Source of the DNA: Eledone cirrhosa
Taxonomy: Eukaryota
Length of the DNA stretch: 64,000 nucleotides
Reading direction: 5' to 3'
Assembly: GCA_964016885.1 (NCBI GenBank)
Contig: OZ024754.1
Span: forward strand, 30,070,001 to 30,134,000
Each line of letters starts with the position of its first letter. Positions within the stretch are counted from its first letter, which is position 1. The notes under the pieces were generated by a model. That model was given only the letters and a program-made list of their open reading frames with translations. It searched no databases and was not told where the DNA came from. The position numbers and the translations under genes were made by a program. Of this stretch, positions 41,253 to 55,180 are shown piece after piece.

Positions 41253-43802
41253 TAGTGGCTGATATACTGTATATGCCAGCGTACAAGTCGATCCGGCCTA
41301 TAGGTCGACCCCTAAAATTCTGGGGATTTAATCGACATCCCCTTCCACAAATGTGTTGGCCTTGTGCCTAGATCAGAAATCCTTATTATTATTACCTTAT
41401 TTCTTATTCTATTCTCTACATACGACATCACAACATGCCTTGAGCCATTATTTTATGTTCTTTAGTTATATTACTATTATCCAATTTCACTTTAAGCGGT
41501 TTTCTTCTATTACATAATTAAAGTAGATTCCGTATTTGAAGGGTATATTATCCATGTCTATTTCATAACAATGGCATATCTTAGAAATGAAATTCATTTC
41601 AGTTCAAGCTGCTTCCTATTACATCTCGTTCAGATATAATTTAATATGACAATTTATAATACATAATTTTGACTTTAATCCCAGCAGGTACGATTAACTT
41701 ACATAAATCTACAGAGGGTATTTTTACGATAGAGCAGTTATATAAACATATCCGGATCTGGCCAGTTACCAATTCTTGTCAAAATATTTGAACCGGAAAC
41801 TATGTGACAGGTTATACTATGAAACAAAGATGACGCAAAAGGATCTTTTGATTGGTGATACTACCTGCCAGTTACAACTCCTGGCAAAAGCGTCAATCTT
41901 TTTTTTTTTCTTTTTGTTTATGACAGGGGCGGGATTTGAACTCAGAAAGCACAGAGTCCGACACTTTAACAATACCGCCAATCTACCACTCCTTGACTGG
42001 TACTATTTTGTTCAGCAACCCCTGAAGAGGAAAGTCAAAATTTGACCTCTGTGGGATTTGAACTTGAAACAAAGCAACCAGGATAAATGCTATTGGGTAC
42101 TACATGTATACTCTAACGACTCTACCAACTTTTACCCTGGTCTTTACGTTTTACTAAAGAGCATAAATAGAATAAGAGAAGTAAAATATCTTTTTACTAG
42201 GACTCCATTTTTTTACCGGTCTTAATATAATCGAACTCACTATATGAATGTTAATTATTTGTATTGACTCAGACAAAAGGAAAGTAAAGCAGTCTGTCCT
42301 CCGGGGTTGATTTGAACTCAAAATATAAAAGAAAGAAACTAAACGCCATTAGACATTTTATCTTGTAATCTATTGTTACTGTTACTCCCAGTTCACTGCC
42401 TTATTCAAAATCAAAATCACTGCACACGTTGTGAACAGAATAATAAACAGATATTAAAAACTTTGTTTACATAAACCAGATTTGTGTAGTTGATAGTTTT
42501 GTGGACGGCCTGACACTTCATCCGTGGGATAGTTTTCTCTGCAGTTTATTTGGCAGATCATTTCAGGCAGAAATTTTAATTCAGAAATAGATATCTATAA
42601 TAAAACAGATCACAGGAGGAATAGAAATTAGAGAAAAGATTCTTGGATTATGTTATCAATCATTTAACTAAAAAAGGGCAAATGTTTTGGCCAACAGAGA
42701 TTTAATTCAAGCCAAAACAAAAATATAACATAGTTTAATTTTCTCCTCAATTGGATACGAAGAGAAAGCAAATACAATGTTTCTTGTGATACGATTTAGT
42801 TTTCATGAAACGTAAGTCTGTTTATCATTACTTGCGAGTTACTTTAGGGTTAAATCGATAGGTTTTCAGAATGCTAGCTAAATCAGTGTATGGTTTTCTT
42901 ATACAAAACTATATCCATGACAAACAAAACTTCACTTCCATTGGCTCGATCCATTGAACTGTAAATAGATAACATTATGTAAGAATAGTTCTCCGTGGAG
43001 AATACTTCGATTAATTCCATGATGTCAGCCTGAGTGCTAAGTTCAAACATTTACAGAGTCTTCGAGACTGTAAACGAGAATCATTATTATGTTTTAGTTA
43101 CGGTTATTTAAGTTCTAGATTCAAATGTGGCCGAGGTCAACTTCGTCTTTCATCCTTTCAGGATCGATAAAATAAGGGTTAGTCAACTACTACGATAGGT
43201 TTAATTGATTTTTTTCTTCGCTAACATTACTAGCCTTGTTCCTAAATTAGAAGCCCTTGTGATGTGTTTGATGTTCTGATTTCTGCCATATGCTAAATAT
43301 ATGAAAATAATGTATTTTTTCTTTTGTTACTAGGAATATAACTGGGTATAAAATAGCTTATTTCTTTCATGTATGCTGCATAAATACAAAATGTTCGAGT
43401 TGCCAGTTGTTTTATACTATGCTTTCATTCATGTCTAGTAATTGTTGTCGTTGCAATATTCAGATTTAACATATCAAGAGCTACATTATCCAATCAGTAC
43501 TTTTGTTTTAAGGATGATGTGTTATCATATACTAACCTCGAGTGACCAGGAGACTTAGTTGCAGGTTCTGACATGTCAATCAACCAAATACAGGCTCATT
43601 AAGTAGATTTTTTTACAGTGTTATTAGATTATTATAATATCTATTGTGAATATCCATTGGAATAATATCTATTGCGATCATATGTTCTGTGATCTTGGCA
43701 GATTTTCAAGTAGACACTACGAGAGGTGAAATGATGAAATGATCAATTCAGATACAGCTTTTACCGGCAACACACGTAACGATCATATATATATGTATGT
43801 AC

Positions 43803-44037
43803 ATATATGAAACAGAGGTTGAAAATGCAATTGGAGTCTTTAAGGAGGTTTGTTTAAAATAACTTTACCGGTTTCAGTTTTATGATTATTTAAAGTTAAG
43901 TGAGACGGAGAGATGTGTGATCACACATCTTTCCATCCCTCGTAACTTTTGAAAATCATAAAACTGAAACCGGTAAGGTTATCCTAAATAAATCTTCTTA
44001 AAGACTCCTGTTACATTTTCAACTTCTTTTTCCTATA
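43803..44037. mobile_element. old fold-back with a decayed U3-A8 HHR-like motif (43943-43981, +)
   Basis: Centre GATGTGTGA|TCACACATC with diverged arms; TAACTT-TTGAAAA..GAAA-CCGG-TA-AGGTTA, but stem II is poor. Confidence 0.6.
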
Positions 44038-44066
44038 CCCGTGTGTGATAAAAAAAAATGACTTTC

Positions 44067-44189
<123 letters not shown>

Positions 44190-45046
44190 TGTCTGTGTAT
44201 CTGTGAGAGAGAGAGTATGTGTTTGTGTGCGTATATAGTATGTATATAGTATGTATAGAGTCAGTATATAGTCTGTATATAGTCTGTATATAGTATTATA
44301 TAGTATGTATATAGTCAGTATATACTATGTATATAGTCTGTATATAGTCTGTATATAGTATGTATATAGTATGTATATAGTCTGTATATAGTATGTATAT
44401 AGTCTGAACATGATGTAACCTGAACAAACAGATATGCTTGAAAGGTGTTCCTGTCCGAACGTACGTAAAACTATCAAATATTAACTAAATGAGCACTCAA
44501 TACATGTGAACAAAATATAAGGTTTATTTTCTGAAGAAGAGGTCAGTGACTTCTTGTAGGCAAGCCACGGTGGGGCTTCAAAGTCACTCCCACGTTTTTC
44601 TTTAGAGAATACGTGTGTAAATATTTATGTGTGTCTATGTATAAGTGTGTTTGTGTTCGTGTGATTGTGTGCGTGTATGTGTGTATGTATGTTTGTGTGT
44701 TTGTGTTTGTGTGTCTGTGTGTTTGTGAGTGTGTTTGTGTGTGTATGTGTATGTTTGTGAGTGTGTGTGTGTGTGTGTGTGTGTGCGTGCGTGTGAGTGA
44801 GTGTGTATGTATGTGTGTATGCATGTGTGTGGGTGTGTTTATTTGCGTATGTATGTGTGTTTATGTGTGTATGTGTGTATGTGTGTATGTCTGTCTAAGT
44901 TTGTGTGTGTATGTATGTATGTGAGTGTGTTTGATTTTGTGCGTGTTTTAATATAAATATTTTTACAGAAAAACGATAATTTTTGGCTTGATTCTTTTAA
45001 CAGAGGCTCCGAAAATATGAGTATAATTTATTGTTTACAACAAAAA

Positions 45047-45415
45047 TATAATGGTTTCTACTTTAGGCACAAGGCCAGCAATTACCCTGTACATTACTGG
45101 TACTTTATTTTATCGACCCCGTAAGGATGAAAGGCAAAGTTAACCTCGGCGGGATTTGAACTCAGACCACAAAGGGCCGTAACTCTATGCTGCAAAGCAT
45201 GGCATCCGACCCTCTACCTATACTGCCAATCCACCGCCCTTTTACAACAAAAATATAATTGTTTCTACTTTTGGCACAAGGCCAGCAATTATTCCAATGT
45301 ACCACTGGTACTTTATTTTATCGACCCCGTAAGGATGAAAGGCAAAGTTAACCTCGGCGGGATTTGAACTCAGATCTTAAAGGGCCGTAACTCCATGCTG
45401 CAAAGCATTTTGTCC
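45047..45415 (-). mobile_element. two tandem young SINE A copies
   Basis: TTTACAACAAAAATATAAT duplicated at 45034 and 45242; CAAAAATATAAT again at 45415. Confidence 0.9.
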
Positions 45416-46293
45416 AAAAATATAATGAAATATAAAAATAGTTAAGAGGAAAATACATTTCTAAACGAATGCTGGCTATGAATATATTAAATATGAATGA
45501 ATATATGTATTCATATATTCCTTTGCAAATAGGAATTCACATTTCAAGTTACAACACGTAATGCTATTATCAAGAGAAACACTTAAGGAGACAGATGTAG
45601 GTGTATATATATAGTGTATATATACTGTATATATAGTGTAGATATAATGTATATATATTTTATATATAGTGTATATATAGTGTATATATAGTTTATATAT
45701 AGTGTATATATAGTGTATATATAATGTATATATAGTTTATATATAGTGTATATACAAACTACATACAGATTCATAAACCCGAAAATAATGACCACAATGC
45801 AGAAATGAATGCAGCTAAGATATCAATAGATATTTTCAATAAGAATCATTCCAAACTCTAATATGGACTGTAAAAATTGTATTTAAAATCAAGTTACGGA
45901 AATGGCCTGTTATATCAATGAGGGATATAAATATTTCGCAAGATTTTCGATGAAATTTTTCCGTAAAGTGATTTCACAGACGACACGAAAGACATGAATA
46001 TAAATTCATGTTTGGAGTGATGATTTATAGTAATGTAAAGCTAATTCAGACATGAAGACACGCGAAACTAAATGCCGGCTATTGATATTATAACAAATAC
46101 ATACATATATTCATGTACAAGAAATATATGGATGTGTGTATTTTAATAAGTGCCGTTATAGTTTATTTCCGACTATCATTTCGTCTGAGACATCTTTACA
46201 ATTCAATGATATATATTTATATATATATATATGTGTGTGTGTGCGTGTGTGTGTGTGTGTGCGCGTGTGTGTATACATACATATATGTGTGTG

Positions 46294-46329
<36 letters not shown>

Positions 46330-46439
46330 CGTGTTTTTGTATGTATATATACATACATACAGACACATACACACATATATATATATACATACATATATAT
46401 ATATGCATGTGTATGTATGTATATATATATGTGCGTGTG

Positions 46440-46485
<46 letters not shown>

Positions 46486-46492
46486 CATACAG

Positions 46493-46523
<31 letters not shown>

Positions 46524-46545
46524 CACATATATATATATGCATGTG

Positions 46546-46597
<52 letters not shown>

Positions 46598-47593
46598 TAT
46601 ACATTGTTGATGAGCTCTTCACTTTAAAATGTTTACATCTATACAAAACTTCTAACAAGTTTTCTGAAAACCAAACAATCGAAGGAAATCTGAGGTCATT
46701 GCTCTATTATGGCACTGAGAATAAACAACCGATTTCCCAGACCATAAAATTACCGAGGGGATTTTGTTGAATGTAGTTTGATACTGGACATAGTTCATAC
46801 CAACCCATCTGAAGCCGCCTTTGGTTCTTAGAAACAAAATTTTATTATAAAGTGTTTATATTTATCTATAATACTTCTCGAAATCCAGTAAAATGCGGTA
46901 GAAAAATACGAAAAGCAAATGATGGAAAATCAAACAAAATAAAAGAAAGCAATGTTTTAGCCAGTGTATTTTAGCAAGATATTTCAGGGCTATTGCTCTC
47001 TTTTCAGATGCGAAGCTGAAAGAGTCCAAGACAAAACAAAACAAAACGAGTAATCGGAGTTTCTCCCCTAACTGGTGTATGTGTTTGCAAAACGCGCAGG
47101 GTCGCAACATTGACCATTCTGCTTCGTGCATTTCTGAGATAATATTTATCTATGGTTTCATTCAGCTGATGAAAAAAGCCTCTTTAATCCTTAAATTTAC
47201 TATATTCCTTTCAGTCACTTCTACAAATGATTCTGTATCAAAACAAAATCAAAATATATATATATCTGCAGTAGCGTCTAAAGACAGAATCCGAATTGAT
47301 AAATGTCTTTGTAAATGCGCATGGCTAGAATTCAGAAATACTCACATAGATTACATAGTTCTTGAGTTGATGTATTGTCTTTTGGCAAAAGTTTATAACG
47401 GTAATTACAGCAAACTGTAGGCAAAAGAGAAGGAAAGTCAACTCCTACAATGTGTTCATATTTATCTTTCACGTTTCTTTTCTACAAAGTTGGTATAGAA
47501 ATATTGTCTAGAAAGTGTTAATGCATATTTACCGTTTTATATTGGACTGCAAACACTTAAGGAAATCGGATATATGTGTGTGTGCAAATTATA

Positions 47594-47665
<72 letters not shown>

Positions 47666-47864
47666 TATACATACATACATGTAGACATACATATATACAT
47701 ATGTATGTGCAAATATACATCAATACGCAAGCACAATTGAATTGACTAATATAATCATAGCGATGATTTCTGAATGGAAATATAGATTCAATAACTTCAG
47801 AACTGTGCCGGAATATAAAGTAAACCCATAAGGAACCAAAATATATATACATACATATATATAT

Positions 47865-47960
<96 letters not shown>

Positions 47961-47963
<3 letters not shown>

Positions 47964-48939
47964 AATATGATAATAATGAAGCTGCGGCGTTGCAAATGGG
48001 TTACATATGAAAAAGTTTGTCCTTCATCAGTGGTCTTCCAACCGTCATAGGCATTTCATCGCTTTAAAGACCATATACCTCAGGTTGGTGCGAGCAACGG
48101 CTAAAAAAAGTTGTTGGGACACGTAAATAAAGGGGAAGCTAGGGTAAACAAACAAAATGGTTTAAGCAACAGAAAGTGATGAAGAAAGAGACAAGTCCCA
48201 GATTTCTATGAATATAAATTCGGTGAAATCGTGAACGAGAGAATAAAGACCATCAAACCTGGTTGAAATGTGAGCAAGGAAGGAATTTCGCACAGGTCTA
48301 ACGGGAGGAAGAAGGGGTCGGGTCTGCGAATTCGGTAAACATAAGTTATGTGAAGTCGCAGACGAGAGAGAGAGAGAGAGAAAAAATTTATACCGGCTTG
48401 GCCAAGAGCGCGCGAGAAAAGAATTACGGACAGGTCAAACGGGAAGAAAGAGGAGGAGGAGAGGTAGTGGCAGAGAATGAGTGAGTGAAGGGTGAGGAAG
48501 AGGCTAACAGAGAGAGAGAGACTGCTAGAAAGGGTAAAGATACAAAGAACGAAACAGACGGGTAGCAGCAGAGGAAAAAATATATGTGTAAATATGATAA
48601 TAATGGAGCTGCGGCGTTGCAAATGGGTTACATATGAAAATGTTTGTCCTTCATCAGTGGTCTTCCAACCGTCCTAGGCATTTCATCGCTTTAAAAACCA
48701 TATACCTCAGGTTGGTGCGAGCAACGGCTAAAAAAAGTCGTTGGGACACGTAAATAAAGGGGACGCTAGGGTAAACAAACAAAATGGTTTAAGCAACAGA
48801 AAGTGATGAAGAAAGAGACAAGTCCCAGATTTCTATGAATATAAATTCGGTGAAATCGTGAACGAGAGAATAAAGACCATCAAACCTGGTTGAAATGTGA
48901 GCAAGGAAGGAATTTCGCACAGGTCTAACGGGAGGAAGA
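47961..48939. mobile_element. element with 352-bp direct terminal repeats (period 627 bp) in (TA)n; PLE-like partial tandem
   Basis: 47961-48312 matches 48588-48939 with few differences; no TG..CA LTR ends. Confidence 0.75.
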
Positions 48940-48950
48940 TATATATATTG

Positions 48951-49170
48951 TGAAGGCGTGTGGCTGAGTGGTTAGAGAATTGGAATTCGCAATCGTAAGG
49001 TTGTGAGTTCAATTACTGGACCAGGCGATGCGTTATGTCCTTGAGCAAGACACTTTATTTCACGTTGCTTCTTCTACCTGGAGTTGCGACCGATAGATAG
49101 TATTAGCAATTGGAAAGACCAACGGAAACATTGTTCCCTCGGTCCGATTTGACGAAAGTCGATCGTTCCT
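48951..49170 (+). mobile_element. SINE family B
   Basis: GGCGTGTGGCTGAGTGGTTAG..GAGTTCAATT head, then GTCCTTGAGCAAGACACTT. Confidence 0.85.
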
Positions 49171-49179
49171 ATATGTATA

Positions 49180-49213
<34 letters not shown>

Positions 49214-49565
49214 CATACATACTAGTAAATACCCTGTTCTGGAAAAGATTTTCTTTTCTTCATAACAATTTCCAAGGCTTAATAAACAATAATCAAATAT
49301 CATGAGGATATATCCCTGGGTTCAATAGAAAATTCTAGATGTTAACAATCTACTTAGTCATGAGAAAATATTCCTCCTTCTTCACTACCCCTCCCCCTAT
49401 TCCACTATCCCTCCTTCTACTCCCTTATCCCACCGTATACTCTCCTATTCCTCCACCTACTACACTCTCGCTCCATCTACTCCACATTCAAACGCATGTT
49501 TTCACGGGTACACACACATACACATATACATATGTGTATGTATGTATGTATATATGTATGTATGT

Positions 49566-50537
49566 TCTTCTGGTTTTATAATTTCACAAATTTTTTCCCA
49601 ATAGAGAGAGAGTCAGTTTCTAACATAGACACAAGACTCTCTCATTGGAATTTACACATCAACTAGGTAGATTATGTATGCATGCATGTGTAGATGTGTA
49701 TGTTTTGAGTTGTATGTGTGCATGTGTATATTCTTTGTATCTGTACATGTAGTATGTATGTGTATATGCAGTTATTAGATGCAAAATTTTTGGAATGTTT
49801 TACATATTTTTACTGTTCCATTAATGGATTGTACTTGTAATTTCCTAACTAGTTGTGTTCTTTCTGTTCCTGTGAAGCCTAGCTTCTCAAGATTTGTATT
49901 GCGACAGTTACTAACATACCTCAATACCCCATTAATAACAGGCATAAATCTGAAGGTGTAATCAGGGTGGAGTATCTGCAGATTTCTATTCAGTCGTGCA
50001 TAAATATTCTCCTTTTCGTTAATCTTTGATATTATATTGGCATCTGCTGGGCAGCTAATTTCCACTACTGTGCATGCTTTCTTCTCCCTGTCCCATATCA
50101 TAATATCTGGTCTGTTATGCCTGCATTTTATTGGGATTTTTACTGGAACATTCCACCAGTACTCTTTCATATTATGTACATGGATGTCTTCCACATTGCT
50201 GTAGCTTTTAATGTGTTTATTATCGGGGCTATCTTTTTTACGAACTGCATTGTACAGCGTTTTGGCCACTACATCATGCTTCATAGGTAGGTAGTGCCAC
50301 GATGACATCTTTGGACAGCTGCTGATGACATGGGTGACATCTTCGATGTTAGTTCTGCAGAGTCTGCACTTGTTATCACATCTAGGTGTTTTGCCTGCAT
50401 CCCTATCTCTTTTGTGAATCAGGTATTTCGTGTTAATCTCCTGTTCTTGAATTGCAAAAGCGTATCCTTCAAAGTGGGAGCCAATATAGCGGTTGTTGGT
50501 CCAAGATAGACTACTTTCCTTATCTATATTACTCGAT
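49566..50537 (-). mobile_element. 5'-truncated R4/Dong-clade non-LTR retrotransposon
   Basis: Open frame with CRLC..H....C zinc knuckle, KHD and NRPDIMIWD..VEISCP..EK restriction-like endonuclease; (TATG)n on both flanks. Confidence 0.9.
49775..50536 (-). pseudogene. R4/Dong ORF C-terminus (CCHC + PD-D/E..K endonuclease)
   Basis: C-terminal ~250 aa of ORF 49775..50782; the N-terminal ~80 aa are read-through of unrelated DNA. Confidence 0.88.
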
Positions 50538-51224
50538 GTATGTATGTATGTCAGGTCGCTATCGAGTGCTATTGGTAACATGTAACCCATTAGAACCTGT
50601 CTCATGGTAGGGTCGTCGACCTCTAAGCCAAGTTTGCTCGTTGAGGTGGGTGATATTTGGACACCCTGTGGGATGAAATACAAAACCCGCCGGCAAAGGG
50701 CGGGGGAACTCAGTAGAGTCAACGGCCATCCAGATAGTACCTTTTTTCCACCTGGGAGTGAAAGGCCCCCAGTTGTTGTCACACCTTTCTAAGAGAAGGA
50801 AACTGAAAAGAAAACTGCAGCTTCTGAAGCATCCGATAATGTTGACCAGTTCTCCTTTTCGGGTAGTGTTTTCGATACTCAGAGAGTGGGACTGGTCGAG
50901 TGCAAGGCCTTTCACCACTTAAAGAATCCAAAGCACAGGCATTGCTCGTTCAGGATATGTGTCTGGCCATAGCCTAAAGGTGCACCATTTTCTGTAATCT
51001 GACAAGTGATTGCAACAATATTCTTCGCAGAGTTTGCAGCCGCCATGTATGTATGTATTATGTATGTATGTATGCATATGTTTGTATGCATATGTTTGTA
51101 TATGCGTATATGAATGCATTTGAATTTGTGCTTATTTATTTAATATATGAATATAGATGATTTTATTCATGTATACATATTTGTATTCATGTATGTGTGT
51201 GTGGCGTTTTGTGTGAATTTTTGT

Positions 51225-51352
51225 GTATAAATCTATGTTTGTGTATAAATCTATGTTTCTGTATAAATCTATGTTTCTGTATAAATCTATGTTTGTGTAT
51301 AAATCTATGTTTCTGTATAAATCTATGTTTCTGTATAAATCTATGTTTGTGT
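51225..51352. repeat. 18-bp minisatellite, about 7 units
   Basis: TGTATAAATCTATGTTT(C/G) repeated. Confidence 0.95.
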
Positions 51353-51631
51353 TATATGAATACAGGAAATGTATGCAAGAGTCTGTCCCAGTGGCTGAGG
51401 TTTTTTGTTTTTTTTTAAGATTATCTCGTCTCACCAGTTTATCCCATTGTTGACACTCAGAATATTTAAATTTACATTTAATTTGAAAAATATCTAATAA
51501 CAAACCAACACACATACACACACGTACACACACACGCGCATACACACACACACACTCACATGTACACACACGCGCACACACACGCGCATACACACACACA
51601 CACAGATATATATATATATATATATATCTTT

Positions 51632-51734
<103 letters not shown>

Positions 51735-51877
51735 TAAACAGATAGAGAGATAGAGAGATAGAGAGATAGATAGATAGGAGTATATTTGTATGTATGCGTG
51801 AATGGATGGATGTGTAATGAATGGATGTGTGTATAATGTATATATATATATATGCATGTGTGTATTTGATGCTATTT

Positions 51878-51913
<36 letters not shown>

Positions 51914-51952
51914 GATATTAATAAATGGAAACTTTATTTATAAAACCATATT

Positions 51953-52017
51953 TATTTCATTATACATATTTCAGGGATACCATATTAAATTATGGTATGC
52001 CTTCATCAGACAAAATA
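51953..52017 (-). ncRNA. type I hammerhead ribozyme, family X
   Basis: TATTTTGT-CTGATGA-AGG.ATACCATA/TATGGTAT.CCT-GAAA-TATGTA-TA-ATGAAATA; island bounded by (TA)n. Confidence 0.8.
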
Positions 52018-52079
52018 CAATATATAACAGTTTTACAAATAGCTTTGACGTACCCTTTTAAAATACAACCATTACTTTT

Positions 52080-52139
<60 letters not shown>

Positions 52140-52297
52140 TTATGTTCATAACTATATATATATGCATTTATAAATATATATAAATTAATAAAAAAATTAA
52201 GTCTTCACAGATATTACACTTTTGATAAAAAAAACATTATCTTCAATCTCGTAATCAATATGCCAATATTCGATATTTTTATATATAAATATATATA

Positions 52298-52331
52298 TGT
52301 GTGTGTGTGTGTTTGTGTGTGTTAAGTATTT

Positions 52332-52366
<35 letters not shown>

Positions 52367-52373
52367 TAAGTAT

Positions 52374-52404
<31 letters not shown>

Positions 52405-52483
52405 TAAGTATTTTATATATATATATATGTGTGTGTGTGTTAAGTATTATATATATATATATGTGTGTGTGTGTGTTAAGTAT

Positions 52484-52514
<31 letters not shown>

Positions 52515-52557
52515 TAAGTATTTTATATATATATATATGTGTGTGTGTGTTAAGTAT

Positions 52558-52592
<35 letters not shown>

Positions 52593-52701
52593 TAAGTATT
52601 ATATATATATATATATATGTGTGTGTGTTAAATATTTTATATATATATATATGTATGTGTTAAGTATTATATATATATATGTGTGTGTGTGTTAAGTATT
52701 T

Positions 52702-52732
<31 letters not shown>

Positions 52733-52798
52733 TAAGTATTATATATATATGTGTGTGTGTTAAGTATGTTATATATATATATGTGTGTGTGTGTTAAG

Positions 52799-52872
<74 letters not shown>

Positions 52873-52918
52873 TAAGTACTTTATATATATATATATATGT
52901 GTGTGTGTGTTAAGTATT
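52298..52918. repeat. higher-order array of [(TG)n-TTAAGTAT(T)-(TA)n] units
   Basis: About 17 TTAAGTA linkers between variable microsatellite blocks. Confidence 0.9.
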
Positions 52919-53062
52919 TCCGTGGAAAAGATAAAGGAAAGAAGAGTGCTCTATGTTTAGTACAGAGCTATTTAATTATGTAATAAACAACACAATATAA
53001 TTATTCCATAGAATCGTCTAATTTGGTGAAATTATATTGTGTCGTTTATTTCATAATTAAAT

Positions 53063-53102
<40 letters not shown>

Positions 53103-53107
<5 letters not shown>

Positions 53108-53306
53108 AACGAGTAGGACCCCGACGGCTGAGCTCAAGCCGTTTCGACGGCTGATTCTGGACTAAATTTAGTCCAGAATTAGCCGTCGAAACGGCTTGAG
53201 CTCAGCCGTCGGGGTCCTACTCGTTCCTATTACCCACTCTACTACCCTAAGTATTGAGTACTTTGGTGCGTTATGGTCCACCTGGTTCCTTACCACATTT
53301 CTCCCG

Positions 53307-53310
<4 letters not shown>
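53103..53310. mobile_element. family Z fold-back plus tail in (TA)n
   Basis: Palindrome 53103-53231 centred on CTAAA|TTTAG. Confidence 0.88.
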
Positions 53311-53342
<32 letters not shown>

Positions 53343-53344
<2 letters not shown>

Positions 53345-53925
53345 AATGAATAATAACAGGTAGACATCATAAAAAGGTAATTTATTCCGTGTGCTTACAA
53401 ATGTTTCCACGGTGGTACTACAGCCTAGTTATGCTATGTGCAAATGTGCAAATTTACAAGTATTTGCAGAACCAATGCCTTTGGCCTACCTCCCTCTCCA
53501 CATCTATGAACCTGCCCTCTGGGGCAATAAATAATTCCGACCTTAACTATCAACGCATCTCTCCAAAAGTAACCAGTATAATAAAACCCCTACCATAACA
53601 TTTTGATTAAGATATCTACAAACCACTCTCTCCTACTTCTCCAACCCCTTCATATCTTTCTCTCTCTCTCCCTCTCCCCTACTTTTCTCTCTTCCTTTTC
53701 TACTCTATCTTCCCCAACAACCCCACTTAAGGGTATTTACATTGTACATTTTACCATTCTGCTCTGAGGATACAGTGGTCACAGCATTGGATATTTGAGT
53801 TCTGCAAATACTTGTAAATTTGCACATAGCATAACTAGGCTGTAGTACCACCGTGGAAACATTTGTAAGCACACGGAATAAATTACCTTTTTATGATGTC
53901 TACCTGTTATTATTCATCCTTTATA
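53343..53925 (+). mobile_element. PLE-like 3' end with inverted 5' pLTR stub
   Basis: 53343-53472 is the reverse complement of 53798-53925. Confidence 0.8.
53760..53871 (+). ncRNA. hammerhead ribozyme with ~85-nt stem II domain
   Basis: TGCT-CTGAGGA-TACAGTGGT.ACAGC...GCTGT.ACCACCGTG-GAAA-CATTTG-TA-AGCA. Confidence 0.7.
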
Positions 53926-54063
53926 TACACTCCGGAATACAGAAGGATCAGGAACTAAGTTTCTTCAACAATTCTTCCATAACTCGTAGAGTAACCTCTC
54001 ACCGTACGTCAACCATATCCAGTGTAGTAATTAACCATTACTACATCTTGGGTAATCTTATAC

Positions 54064-54121
<58 letters not shown>

Positions 54122-54345
54122 GGAAAAATTTGAACAGGGACAAAACAGAGAGGCAGTACAACGAATGTTTATTAATTTCACGCTCATTATCGGAGAAAGC
54201 TTTTAGCGATACTCCGGCCAAATCCCAACTCACTCAACAAACATTAGGAAATAAGTGAGTATATTCATAATTAAACGTTCGGGGTGCTAACTAACTGTAT
54301 TGTGTGGAAAATTGGCTGTATTATTTCATATGAGATATACCGAAT

Positions 54346-54377
<32 letters not shown>

Positions 54378-55144
54378 GTGGCTAAACACTGTCGTCTAGC
54401 ATGCGTGCTTCGTTTCCCGTCAGCATGCTGTCAACTTCAAAGTCTTCGGTGATGTTCATCCGGCTTATTCTACCTACATATATATATATATTTTAATCAG
54501 CTCTGTGGCGGCTTCCCAAAGCAGCAAGCCAAATGAAGGTGGGAGTAGATTCTTCAGTTGAATCAAAAGCAAGACAACTTCAGCTGGCCCCCGTTACGTC
54601 TGAGACATCACTTTCTCCTACTAATTAATGACATTGTCTGTGATGAGTAATGTAACCATTGTTCGCTGTACATATATATATGAAATATATATATATGTGA
54701 AATAGTCTTGTACATATATATATATGAAATATATATACGTGAAATAGTCTTTTTAAGACTATATAGAGCATTTGTAGTTTTTCCAAATTGAAGGGTGAGT
54801 ATTTAAACTTTATTTTATTCTGAGTTAAAACTCTATTGGTTTTTCCCCTGGATTTCACAAAATCTGTGGATAAAATCTCTGTCTTGATTTTTTTTTAATT
54901 GAGTTTGAATTATTTTCCCATATCTTACGTCAAATATTTTCCATTTTGACGTTATAGTCACTTATATATAATCAAATACTGTTGGCTTCTTGCTCACATT
55001 AATTTCTCTACTTTCATTTATATATATATATATATATATATACATTGAGTTGAGACTGTGTTTCGTACGCCTTCGTATGTCTTTGTCCATACTTTTTATT
55101 TGAAAAAGTTTATTAGTTTAACGCTTGAAATAGAAGGAAAAGAG

Positions 55145-55180
55145 TCTTAACGTTTCGGACACTAGTTCTTCATCAGAAGA
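55145..55180 (-). ncRNA. minimal hammerhead ribozyme
   Basis: TCTT-CTGATGA-agaactagtgtcc-GAAA-CG-TT-AAGA; stem II imperfect. Confidence 0.6.

Noticed and set aside
46862-47420. 89-aa and 113-aa non-repetitive ORFs
   Set aside because: No recognisable domain or convincing splice signals
48951-49030. tRNA gene
   Set aside because: Only A/B-box-like motifs followed by SINE body; no full cloverleaf
50537-50782. N-terminal 80 aa of the 335-aa ORF as part of the R4 protein
   Set aside because: Lies beyond the (TATG)n junction; fortuitous read-through
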